Assembly (NCBI GenBank): GCA_963732385.1
Contig: CAVSZB010000002.1
Span: forward strand, 192,001-256,000
Origin: an uncultured bacterium
Lineage (GTDB): Bacteria > Krumholzibacteriota > Krumholzibacteriia > LZORAL124-64-63
DNA: 64,000 nt
Reading direction: 5' to 3'
Position 1 is the stretch's first letter; the number at the start of each line of letters is the position of its first letter. Positions 1 through 9,825 of the stretch are shown piece after piece. The notes under the pieces are model-generated. The model saw only the letters and a program-made list of their open reading frames with translations, did not search any database and had not been told where the DNA came from. The translations under genes and the position numbers were made by a program.

Positions 1-1143
1 CATCTCCTCGAGGGCGAAGACGCGGGCCGCGTAGAGGAGCCCGGCCCCCGACAGCATGTCGGCGCCGGCGAGGAGGCTGGCGCAGGCCCGACAGGCCATT
101 CTCCAGGCCGGCCTGCCAGTCGGGGCTCTTCGCGCCCGGGGCGAACGTCCCGACGCTCGACGGCACCCGGTAGTGGCGGGCCAGCTGGGCGAACGCCGCC
201 TGGTAGAGGAGGTCCTCGGGGCCGCCGCAGGTGGTGAGACCCGGTCCGCAGGTCCATCGTCGTCGAGCAGGCGCCGTAGAACGTCGGGGCGCCCGGGACG
301 AGCGTCTCCACGATCGTCATCCCGGCCAGCACCTCGGCGTTGCTCTGGGCGAGGACGCCGGCCGGGGTCGCGGGCGCGGTCGCGCAGCCGATCGCCATGA
401 CGACGAAGCCGGCCGGCACGCCCGCCTCGCGCGTAGACGAGGGCCGCCTCGAGCGCTTCGCCGTCGAACGTGAGCGGGCTGAGGCTCACCTGGAACGACG
501 AGAGGATCGGCCGGCCCGGCAGGGCGTCGGCGCCGCCGACGACGGCGCGCGCCATCTCGACCGCGCCCCGGGCGGCGAGCGGCGTCGTCGGCCGTCATGA
601 GCTGGACGTGCTTGCCGCTGTTGGCGAGCTGCGTCCGCAGCTCGTGGAGCGGGCGCACGGGGACCGGTCGGTCGCCGGCCTCGACGCCCTGCCAGAGGAA
701 GCGCGATCTCCGGGAGCGCGTCGGCGAGGCGCGTCACGGCCGCGAGGTCGGCCTCGGTCGAGGAGCGGCGCTCGCCCGTCTCGAGGTCGAGGATCTCGGC
801 CGCGCTGCCGTCGACCGAGAGATAGCCGTGGGCGCCGTCGAGCGGCAGGTCCCACGCCGGGTCGCGGGCGGCGAGCGTGTAGCGTGGCGGCGCCGCGGCG
901 AGGGCGGCCTCCACCAGCGCCGCCGGCAAGCGGACTCGATCGCCCTCGACGCGGCCCCGGCCGACGGCCAGGCGGTCACGGATGGCGGCCGAGGTCGACG
1001 GCGACGCCGGTCTCCTCCAGGATGCGCAGGCTGGCCGCGTGGAGTCGCGCGAGGCCGTCCGGCGAGAGCGGTCGCAGGATCGGCTCCGCGGTCGGGAGGG
1101 CGCGGACGGGCGAGGCGGGGGTGGGCGAGGGACGGGCGGTCAT
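1..1143 (-). CDS. Trimethylamine methyltransferase (MttB) superfamily protein, non-pyrrolysine type; 3' end runs off the window; several frameshifts
   Basis: Frame-stitched segments LHAASLRILEETGV, ALAAAPPRYTLAARDP, PGAPTFYG..TMDLRTG, GTFAPGAKSPDWQAGLE and GADMLSGAGLL match the MttB family. Confidence 0.8.
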
Positions 1144-1273
1144 CGAGGCGGCCTCCGAGCGTGGCGGGCGGCGAGCCGGGACGGCGGCATGCGCCGCGAG
1201 AGCGGGCGCACCGAGCATGCCACCCCGCCCTTCCCCGCGCCGGCCCGCCATGCGCCCGGGGCCCGCCGTACGG

Positions 1274-1794
1274 ATGCGCGCCGATGACGTCGAGACCGCG
1301 ATCCGCAGCACCCGCTCCATCCGCCGCTTCACCGACGAGCCGGTCGCCGAGGACGACCTGCTCCGATCCTCGATGCCGGTCGGCGGGCCCAGTCGAGCAT
1401 GAGCAGCGCGCCCTGCGCTTCGTCGTCGTCCGCGACCGGGTGACGCCGTCGAGGCGCTGCTCGGCCGGCGGGGGCTACGCGGGCGCGGGCCATCTCGCCG
1501 GCGCCGCCGCGGGGATCGCCCTGGTCGGCACGCAACCGGACGCCGACCTCGACCTCGGCCAGGCGCTCGCCTACCTCCAGCTCGCGGCGCGGGCGCGCGA
1601 CTACGGGTCCTGCATCGCCTCGATGTGGGAGCCGGACCGGGCGAAGGCGATCCTCGGCATCCCACCCGACCTGCGTTCCCCACCGCGTTGTCGATCGGAC
1701 GCCCGGCCCCCGAGGAGGTCGCGCCGCGGCCGCCGAGGCCCGGGGCCGCCTCCCGCTGCTCGAGGAGGTCGTCCGCTGGGAGCGCTGGGGCTGA
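1274..1794 (+). CDS. Nitroreductase family protein (frameshifted)
   Basis: AIRSTRSIRRFTDEPV start, then RFVVVRD and DLGQALAYLQLAA..G.GSCI motifs; ends LEEVVRWERWG*. Confidence 0.75.
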
Positions 1795-1852
1795 TCCGCC
1801 GGACGACCCGGCCCAGCCCAGCGTCGGGTACCGGCGCGACCGCCGCTCGCGG

Positions 1853-2662
1853 TCAGTCGGCCCACGTCGGCCTCGTGAGGGCGAGGCGGCGCGCCCCGCG
1901 CCTCGAACGACGCCGCGTCGAGCCGACCGGCGACTGCCAGGTCTGCCACCAGCGTCGCGCGCGCGGCGCGCTCGGCCTCGAAGTCCCCGGCCCGCATCCG
2001 GCAGCGCTCGGCGAGGTCGGGGGCGAGTGCCCCAGGCGAAGTCCTCCCAGTGCCCCGCCGCCTCATCCCGCGCGGCCAGGACGGCGGGTGCCAGGCGACG
2101 AGGATGCCCGCCCGCGTCGCGGACCACCGGCCGCAGGTAGTGGGCGACGACAACCCGGGAGCCGCCATCCGTCGCCGACGCGAGAACCATGACGACCCCG
2201 AGGAACGACGCCTCGTCGTCGGTGAGCCCCTGGCGGGCGAGGAGGTCGAGGACCTCCGCAAGGTCGTTCGCCTCGACCGAGAGGCGAGGAGCCCGCTGCG
2301 GCGGGTCGTCGCGGCGAGCGCGGCCCGGAGCATTCCGGCCGGCGTCGCCCGGTCCACCGAGCCGGCGACGCGGACGAGGCGATCGCCACCGCTCTCGACG
2401 CCAGGCCGCCGCCGACCATCCGGCAACGCGCCGACGAGCGCCTCCACCAGCGCCGCGCGGGCCGCGGCGCCGGACCACGACGAGGGCGGGGACGCCGCGA
2501 TTGAGCAGCAGCCACGCCAGCCCGGCGAGGGTCGCGTCGACGACGACCGGAGGCCACGAGGCCGGGCAGCGTGGGCGCCGCGGCGGGCGGAGGGACGGAT
2601 CGTGCGACGGGCTCTCCGGCGGGTCGAGAGGGCGGGCGGCCGAGCGTACCGACGCCGCCCAT
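1853..2662 (-). CDS. Hypothetical protein (frameshifted, boundaries uncertain)
   Basis: Protein-like segments (SVEANDLAEVLDLLARQGL..FLGVVMVLA; DFEAERAARATLVADLA) split across frames; no family recognised. Confidence 0.35.
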
Positions 2663-2844
2663 CCGCGTCAACGAGCGGCCGCTCGCCGCGCGGGACCGCG
2701 CGCGACCGCGCCGACGCGCGGAGCGCGCCGGGCGTGGTGGACGCGCCGCAAGAGCCGAGGCGCCCTCCCGGCCTTCCGCCGGCCGGGCCGGTGGGCGATA
2801 CTTCGCGCGGCTGGGGGTATGTTCAGGCGAGGGAGGTTCAGCGC

Positions 2845-3095
2845 ATGATCCAGCGGCTCATCGGCGTCTCGATCGGGGCGCTCATCACGTTCGCGATCCT
2901 CTGGCTCAGCGACGTCACGAACCAGACCGACCTCATCCCGTGGTACTTCGCCGCGGCCGTCATCGGCGCGATCGCCAGCTTCCTCTGGCCGGTCGTCATC
3001 GGCTTCGGGCTGGCCGCCGGGCGCGTGCTCGCCGCGATGCCCGGATCGAGGACGAGGTCCAGCGCCAGCTGGCCGAGAAGCAGAAGCTGGGCTGA
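2845..3095 (+). CDS. Small membrane protein (2 TM helices, one frameshift)
   Basis: GGGAGG RBS; MIQRLIGVSIGALITFAILWLS..WYFAAAVIGAIASFLWPVVIG..RRDARIEDEVQRQLAEKQKLG*. Confidence 0.7.
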
Positions 3096-3260
3096 CAGGC
3101 CGCGCCCCACGTCGCGCCGCGCCCCGACCGCGCCGCGCCGGCGCTGCCGGGGCCAGCTGCCCCTTCGGGCGCCAACGCTGCCCGCATGGCTGCACGTGGG
3201 CGCTGCGCAGCGGGGCGCCGGGGGCGGTAGCCTCGGTCCTTGGCCCGGTATCGGGGACGG

Positions 3261-4188
3261 ATGCGAGGGGAGCTGGAGCGACAATCGGGGAGGGACAGCC
3301 TCCACCCGGCGCCGCGACAGCCGCACGCGCCGTCCGTAGGCGGGCTCGCCGTCGCGGGCGCGGCGCATGTGCCGTTCGTCCACGGGGTGGGCGATGCGTT
3401 GGCGCTCCAGCGTTCGCCGGGAACCGGGCGACGACCTCCCGGATCACCGACCTGCAGCGACTCGACGTCTACGGCCGGGCCGCCGCCGAAGCGTCGCCGC
3501 TGCCGGCGGCCACGACGGCGGCGTTCCGGCGGGAGATCGACTCCGCGAACCCGGCAGCGGCCCTCGCAGCGGTGGTGGAGGCCATGACCGCGCGTGGCGA
3601 GCTCGATCCCCGGCTCCTTCGCACGTCGGGCCCGGACGCCCTGTGGCGGGTCCGCGAGGTCGGCGGCCTGGCAGCCCAGGTGTCGTTCCGCCCGGCCTTC
3701 GTCGATCCGGACGTCCCGGCGCGACGGCTGCCGAACCCGCGCTTCAGCGTCAGTCCCAAGACGGTGCTCCAGCCGGGTCGCGGGGATGCGCTCGAGCGCC
3801 TGCACACGAGCATCCTCCACGAGTACCGCCACGTCGAGCAGGCAGCCGAGCGGGTGAACCGGGCGCCGGAAGAGGGACTGCAGTGGAGCCCGGGTACGGC
3901 AACGACCCCGACGAGTTCGACGCCTACCTCGCCGAGGTGGAGTCGGCCTACACCCGCACCCACATGACGACGGCGGCCCTGCAGGCCGCCATCCACTGGG
4001 AGTTCCTCGCCGTCGACGACCGGGCCCCGTTCACGGCGCGATGGGCGGCGGCGCAGGCTCGCGTCGAACGCGTCCTCGGCTATGGCGTCGACGCCCTCCT
4101 GCGGACGTCGATGGCCGAGCGCTACCGCGAGCAGCTGCGGGAGATGGAGCGCCGCGCCCACGAGGCGCGAGAGCGTCACGCCCATTGA
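3261..4188 (+). CDS. Putative zincin-like metallopeptidase with N-terminal LQRxAGNxA motif (about 2 frameshifts)
   Basis: ILHEYRHVEQ (HExxH) followed by DEFDAY; N-terminal ALALQRS[A]GNRAT after a one-base correction. Confidence 0.55.
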
Positions 4189-4224
4189 CGCGTGCGTCGC
4201 GGACGCCGACGGGACCGTGCAATC

Positions 4225-4821
4225 ATGACCGGCGTGGACATACGGCCGGCGACCTCCGAGCTCCTGCCCGCCCTCGAGGACCTCTTCGCGAGGCGCAGCG
4301 GGGGCGACGCGCGGTTCTGCTGGTGCCTCTGGTGGCGCGTGCGGGCGAAGGATTTCGCGGCCAGCACGCCTGCCCGGAACCGCGACGCGCTCCGGGGGCT
4401 GGTCGTCTCCGGTCCGCCTCCGGGTCTCCTGGCCCTCGAGGATGGGCGTGCGATCGGCTGGGTCGGGCTGGGCCCCCGACAGGACTTCGAGCGGCTCGAG
4501 CGTTCGCGGGTGATCCCGCGGAGCGAGGGGCCGGCGCCGTGGGCCGTCGTCTGCTTCGTGGTCGCGGCCGACGCTCGCGGTCGCGGCGTCGCGAGCGCGC
4601 TCCTGGCGGCGGCCGTCGAGCACGCCCGCGCCTCCGGTGCCGCGGTCGTGGAAGGCTACCCCGTCGATCCTTCGGCGGCGCCGGGGGGCCGCGTGAGCGA
4701 CACGGGCGCCTACAACGGCACCCGCTCGATGTTCCAGCGGGCCGGGTTCCGCTGGGTCGCGGACACCTCCTCGCGCAGCGGCGGCGCCCCGCGGGTCGTG
4801 ATGCGCCTGGAGTTGCCGTGA
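4225..4821 (+). CDS. GNAT family N-acetyltransferase
   Basis: CWCLWWR, GWVGLGPR, WAVVCFVV, ARGRGVASALL acetyl-CoA motif, VEGYPVD. Confidence 0.9.
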   Translation: MTGVDIRPATSELLPALEDLFARRSGGDARFCWCLWWRVRAKDFAASTPARNRDALRGLVVSGPPPGLLALEDGRAIGWVGLGPRQDFERLERSRVIPRSEGPAPWAVVCFVVAADARGRGVASALLAAAVEHARASGAAVVEGYPVDPSAAPGGRVSDTGAYNGTRSMFQRAGFRWVADTSSRSGGAPRVVMRLELP

Positions 4822-4884
4822 CCCACCGCACCACGCCCTCGCTCCGATTCGCCCGGGCGCGTGGACTGAAGTTGCGCAAGTCCC

Positions 4885-4914
4885 TTGACACCGCCCGGGC
4901 CGCAGGAGTACTGT
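4885..4914 (+). promoter_or_regulatory. Sigma70-type promoter
   Basis: TTGACA (4885-4890), 18 nt spacer, TACTGT (4909-4914), upstream of the leader and ABC operon. Confidence 0.65.
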
Positions 4915-4965
4915 CCCGCCCGGCGCGGCAGTCCCGCGTCGACGACAGAGAGGCCTGAACACCGA

Positions 4966-5061
4966 ATGAGCGAGCGGATCTTCCTCATGAGCGCCCGGGT
5001 GCGGCTGACCGCGCCCGTCGATGGCGCGCTCTGCGGGCGATCTGTGCCCAGCTCGGCCTAG
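4966..5061 (+). CDS. Putative 31-aa leader peptide MSERIFLMSARVRLTAPVDGALCGRSVPSSA
   Basis: AGAGAGG upstream of the ATG; lies between the promoter and an intrinsic terminator. Confidence 0.45.
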   Translation: MSERIFLMSARVRLTAPVDGALCGRSVPSSA

Positions 5062-5095
5062 TCACGCGGCGGTAGCGCCGCCAGACAGGGAACCG

Positions 5096-5130
5096 GAGCC
5101 GCGGGCCAGATCAGGGCCCAGCGGCTTTTT
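5096..5130 (+). terminator. Intrinsic terminator (attenuator) in the 5' leader of the ABC operon
   Basis: AGCCGC-GGGCC / AGATCAG loop / GGCCC-A-GCGGCT, running into a T-tract (5126-5130). Confidence 0.75.
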
Positions 5131-5287
5131 CATTGCCCCGCACCGCGGGGCGGCGACCCGGAGCCGCGGGCCCACGACGCAGGAGCTGACGTCGGGCCCG
5201 CGGCTCTTCTCGTCTCCGGACGAGCGGAGGCCGCGACCGGGCCCGTCTCCACCGGGATCGCCACCACCGAGACGAACGGAGAGAACC

Positions 5288-6231
5288 GTGAGCAGCACTC
5301 TCACCGAACAGAAGATCGCGCTCCGGCGGCCCGTCTCGGCACGCGACGAGATGATCGCCCCGGTCCCGGTCGAGATCCCAGGGCCCACCGCGCCGCCTCC
5401 GGCCGGCCCGCCCGCGCTCCACCTGGAGCACGTGACCAAGACGTTCGTCGTCGGCCGGAAGCGGAAGCCGGTCGTCGCCGTCGACGACGTGTCGCTCCGC
5501 GTCGAGCCGCGGACGAGATCTACGGGCTCCTCGGGGCGAACGGGAGCGGCAAGTCCACCCTCATCCGCCTCGTGAGCACGCTGCTCACCCTCGACGCGGG
5601 GCGGGTCGAGGTGTTCGGCCACGACGTCGAGCGCGAGGAGATGGCGGTGAAGCGCCTCATCAACCGGGTGAGCGTCGACGCCGCCTTCTTCAAGAAGCTC
5701 TCGCCGTACGAGAACCTCGCCTTCGCCGCCCGGCTGTACGGCCTCCACGCGAGCGACGGGCCCGGGCGGAGGTCGTCCGGATCCTCGCGCGGCTCGGGCA
5801 TCGCCGAGAAGCCCGGATGGGGAGCCCGATCGAGCAGATGAGCCGGGGCATGCAGCAGAAGGTCGCCATCGCGCGGGCCCTGCTGACGAGCCCGACGCTG
5901 CTCCTGCTCGACGAGCCGACCACCGGCCTCGACCCGCGGTCGAAGCTCGAGGTCCAGGCCTTCGTCGAGGAGGTCCGGGAGACGCACGACGCGTCGATCG
6001 TGCTCACCACGCACGACCTCGGCGGAGGCCGACCGCCTCTGCGACCGGATCGCGATCCTCGACCGGGGCCGGCTGGTCGTCGAGGGACACGCCGACGAGC
6101 TCAAGGCAGCGGGTGGCCGCTCGACCACGGGCCTCGCGCCGACGCCTCGAGAACGTGCCTTCATGACCTACACCGGCCGCTCCCTCGACGAGGACGTCGA
6201 GGAGGAGGCCACCGAGAGGACGACGGAATGA
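5288..6231 (+). CDS. ABC-2 (DrrA-like) exporter ATP-binding protein (frameshifted)
   Basis: Walker A GANGSGKST, signature MSRGMQQK, Walker B LLLLDEPTTGLDP, H-loop LTTHD. Confidence 0.9.
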
Positions 6232-6312
6232 CCTGGTCACGACCGCACGCATCGCGGGCCGTCGCCCGGCGCCGCCCGACCCACGACCGACGACCGCACG
6301 ACCGAAAGGAGC

Positions 6313-6538
6313 GTGATCGGCATCGCCGAACGGGACCGTCGCTACCGACGCGGTCCACGCCGACCGCGCCGCCCGGTTCGCAGCCAGGCGCACCCGACCC
6401 GTCGCACGTGCACCGCGCCGGGCGCCGCGCGCCGACGAGCGCCGGTCCGCCGGGCCGCTCGGCCGCTCGATCGTCCGGCTCGGCGCGCGGATCGCCGCCG
6501 ATCCGGTCCTCAGCGCCTCCAGCCGCCGGCCCCGCTGA
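6313..6538 (+). CDS. Small Arg-rich hypothetical protein (not given correctly in the ORF track)
   Basis: AAGGAG RBS; frame from 6332 reads ..DAVHADRAARFAA..LGRSIVRLGARIAADP..RRPR*; resembles 36457-36723. Confidence 0.45.
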
Positions 6539-6578
6539 CGCGGGGCCGGGCGGGCACCCACCACCGAGGGAGCACGCC

Positions 6579-7398
6579 ATGACCACTGACCGTCGCGACG
6601 CGCGAGCTCGGCGCGCGCTACGCCTTCATCGAGCGCAACTTCAACCTCTCGCGCCGCTACTGGGGCTGGGAGCTCGCGTTCATCGTGTACGCGATCGCCG
6701 GCGCCCTCGCGATCTCGCTTCATCGGCGCCGAGCAGGGCGACCCGCGGCTCACCTTCAGCCTCGTCATCGGGGCCGATCTTCTGGAACTACCTCTCGACC
6801 GTCTTCAGCTTCATCGCCGAGACGATCGCCTGGGAGCGCTGGGAGGGGACCCTCGAGTACACGATGATGGCGCCGGTCCGCCGCTCGTCGCAGCTGCTGG
6901 GCTCGACGTTCTACGCGGTCATCTACGGGCTCATCCACACGACGATCATCCTCGTCGTCCTGTCGCTCTTCTTCGGGCTCGACCTGTCGTCCAGGCGAAC
7001 TTCGTCACGGCCGCCGTGGTTCATGCTCGTCGGGTCGTTCTCGATCATCGGGATCGGCGATGATGGCGGCGATCCTGCCGCTCCTGTACGTGGAGCGCGG
7101 CGCGCAGATGACGTTCGTCACTCCAGTCGGTGCCTCCTCGTCGTCAGCGGCGTCTACTACTCGGTCGAGGTCCTGCCGCCGAGTGGATGCAGGTCCTGTC
7201 GAAGCTCTCGCCGGCGACGTACATCCTCGACGGCGTGCGCGCCGGGCTCCTCGACGGGGCACCGGTCGCGCGAGGTCCTGGTACGACATCTGGCCGCTCG
7301 CGATCATGGGCGTCGTCCTGATCCCGGCCGGGCTCTGGCTCTTCGGGCGCGCCGAGCGATACGCGAAGCGCACCGGCAAGCTCAAGCGAGTCGGGTGA
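6579..7398 (+). CDS. ABC-2 type transporter permease (frameshifted)
   Basis: RYWGWEL, IAWERWEGTLEYTMMAP, SGVYYSVEVLP.W, SPATYILDGVR, ERYAKRTGKL. Confidence 0.85.
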
Positions 7399-8465
7399 TG
7401 ACGACGACCAACGCTCCCGCGGCCGGCACCGTGTCGGCCGACATCCCGGTCGGGGCGACCCCGACCGCGGTTCCCGGGCTCCTCCTCCGGCCGGCCCGCT
7501 GGCCGGAGGAGGCGACCGTCCTCATCGACGTCAACAACGCGATGCGGCTCGCCGGCGGCAGCCTCGCGGTGATGACCGTCGAGGGGATCCGCGCCTACTA
7601 CGACCACCTCGAGAACAGCGACCTCGCGACCGACCTGCGGATCGGCGAGGTCGGCGGCCGCCCGGTCGCCTACGTCCGCGTCGAGTGGCGCGACGAGCAC
7701 CGGGGCGACCGGGCCTTCGGGACCGCCCTCTTCCGGGCGCCCGACGCGCCGGCCGGGACGTTCGCCGCGCTCCTCGACTGGGCAGTGGCGCGGCATCGCG
7801 TCAACGCCGCGGCCGTGCCGCCGGACGGCCGGCCTTCGATCGTCACCGCGACCACCTGGGGCGAGGATGCCGAGGGCGAGGCCGAGCTGCGCTCCCGCGG
7901 CTTCGAGAACGTGCGCTTCGGCTACGAGATGCTCCGCCCGACGCTCGACGACATCCCCGACCGGGAGCTCCCCGCCGGCGTCGAGGTCAGGCCGGTGGAG
8001 CCCGGCCACGTCCGGGCGATCTTCGAAGCCGAGGTCGACGCCTTCGCCGGCCACTGGGGCGCCGGACCCGAGGACGGCTCGGACGAGCGCTGGCGGGAGT
8101 TCCAGGAGGACCCCTTCAACCGCGACACGAGCCTGTGGCAGGTCGCCTGGGCGGGTGACGAGGTCGTCGGCATGGTGCGGCCGTTCATCAACGACGAGGA
8201 GAACGTCCGCGCCGGGGTCCGCCGCGGCTGGTGCGAGAACATCTCGACCCGGGCCGCCTGGCGCGGCCAGGGGTCGCCTCGGCGCTGATCTGCCGCGCCC
8301 TGCCGGTCGTTGCGAGACCGGGGCATGACCGAGGCCGCGCTCGGCGTCGACGCCCAGAACGAGACAGGCGCCCTCCGCCTGTACGAGGCGATGGGCTTCC
8401 GGCCGGTGTTCCGCGAGGTCGAGTGGCGGCGCCCGCTCGACGACGAGCCGGGGGCCGGGCGATGA
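7398..8465 (+). CDS. Tandem-domain GNAT acetyltransferase (MshD-like architecture), frameshift near 8270
   Basis: AFAGHWG, WRGQG, LGVDAQNETGALRLYEAMGF; TGATG overlap with the permease. Confidence 0.85.
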
Positions 8466-9589
8466 GCCTCGCGGGATCTCCGGCGGAGCTCGCCGGCCTG
8501 ACCGCCCTGGGCTGGGATGCCGCCTGGCAGGCCGCCTTCGCGCCCATGGCTCCCGGGCTCGTGCCGGCGCGGGTCGTCGGCGCGCATCGCGGCACCTGGG
8601 AGGTGGCGACCGGCGTGCCCGGCGGGCCCCTCGAAGCCCGCGCCACGGGACGCCTTCGTCACGAGGCAGGCCCGGCGGAGCTGCCGGTCGTCGGCGACTG
8701 GGTCGCCGTGGACGCCCGGCCGCAGGAGGGAGCGGCGTCGGTCCACGTCGTCCTGCCGCGCCGGACTCAGCTGCGGCGCAAGGCGCCGGCCGACTACGGC
8801 GCTCCGGTCCAGGTGCTCGCGGCGAACGTCGACGTCGTCCTCGTTGCGACCTCGCTGAACCGTGACCTGAACTCGCGGCGCGTGGAGCGGTTCCTGACGG
8901 CCGCCTGGGAGTCGGGCGCCCGGCCGGTCCTCGTCCTCACGAAGGTCGACCTCGCCCGCGACCCGGTCGAGGTGGCCGTCGCCGAGGCCCGGCTCGAGGA
9001 GGTTGCGGCCGGCGTGCCCGTCGTGGCGACGAGCGCGGTCAGCGGCGCCGGCCTCGACGCGGTCCGCGCCTTCCTGGGCGCCGGGCGGACGGTCGCCCTC
9101 GTCGGCTCGTCGGGCGTCGGCAAGAGCACGCTCGCCAACGCGCTGCTCGGCGAGGAGCGGCTCCTCGTCCGCGAGATCCGCGAGGACGATGCGCGCGGCC
9201 GGCACACGACCGTGGGGCGGGAGCTCGTGGCCCTGCCCGGCGGCGAGGGGCTGCTCCTCGACACGCCCGGGCTCCGCGAGCTCGGGCTCTGGGACGACGG
9301 CACCGGCCTGGACCTCGCCTTTGCCGACGTCGCGACGGCGGCGGAGTCCTGCCGCTTCTCGGACTGCCGCCACGAGTCGGAGCCGGGCTGCTCCGTCCGG
9401 GCGGCGGTGGCCGACGGAACCCTCCACGCGGACCGCTTCGAGGGCTGGCAGAAGCTCGAGCGGGAGGAGCGCCACCGGGCGATCGAGATGGATGCAGTGG
9501 CCCGACGCGCGGAGAAGAGGCGCTGGGCCGCGATCGGCAAGGCGGGCGCCGCCCGTTCGAAGGCGAAGCGCGGGGAGTGGGGCCGCTAG
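8462..9589 (+). CDS. rsgA: Ribosome small subunit-dependent GTPase A
   Basis: PVVGDWV, LTKVDL (G4), GSSGVGKSTL (G1), GRHTT, DTPGLRE, zinc finger CRFSDCRHESEPGC. Confidence 0.95.
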   Translation: MSLAGSPAELAGLTALGWDAAWQAAFAPMAPGLVPARVVGAHRGTWEVATGVPGGPLEARATGRLRHEAGPAELPVVGDWVAVDARPQEGAASVHVVLPRRTQLRRKAPADYGAPVQVLAANVDVVLVATSLNRDLNSRRVERFLTAAWESGARPVLVLTKVDLARDPVEVAVAEARLEEVAAGVPVVATSAVSGAGLDAVRAFLGAGRTVALVGSSGVGKSTLANALLGEERLLVREIREDDARGRHTTVGRELVALPGGEGLLLDTPGLRELGLWDDGTGLDLAFADVATAAESCRFSDCRHESEPGCSVRAAVADGTLHADRFEGWQKLEREERHRAIEMDAVARRAEKRRWAAIGKAGAARSKAKRGEWGR

Positions 9590-9618
9590 CACGGTACCGC
9601 AGTTGGACTGGAGTGACG

Positions 9619-9825
9619 ATGAGCACAGCGGACGATCCGTTCGAGTCCCTGGGGGCTCCAGCACGCAGGGCGCTCGACCAGGCGGGCATTCGGCGGCTCG
9701 AGGACCTCCGTGCAGTGACGCGGCCCGAGGTCCTCGCCCTGCACGGCATGGGTCCGAAGGCGATGGGCCGGCTCGAGGCGCGGCTGCGGGATGCCGGGAC
9801 CTGGTTCCGCGAGGAGCGTCCGTGA
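9619..9825 (+). CDS. Small helix-hairpin-helix / RNA polymerase alpha-CTD-like DNA-binding protein
   Basis: LGAPARRALDQAGIRRLEDL..LALHGMGPKA motif. Confidence 0.8.
   Translation: MSTADDPFESLGAPARRALDQAGIRRLEDLRAVTRPEVLALHGMGPKAMGRLEARLRDAGTWFREERP

Noticed and set aside
5817..8288. ABC ATPase-permease-GNAT fusion ORF (823 aa)
   Set aside because: A chimeric reading produced by frameshifts; separate starts and stops are visible for each gene.
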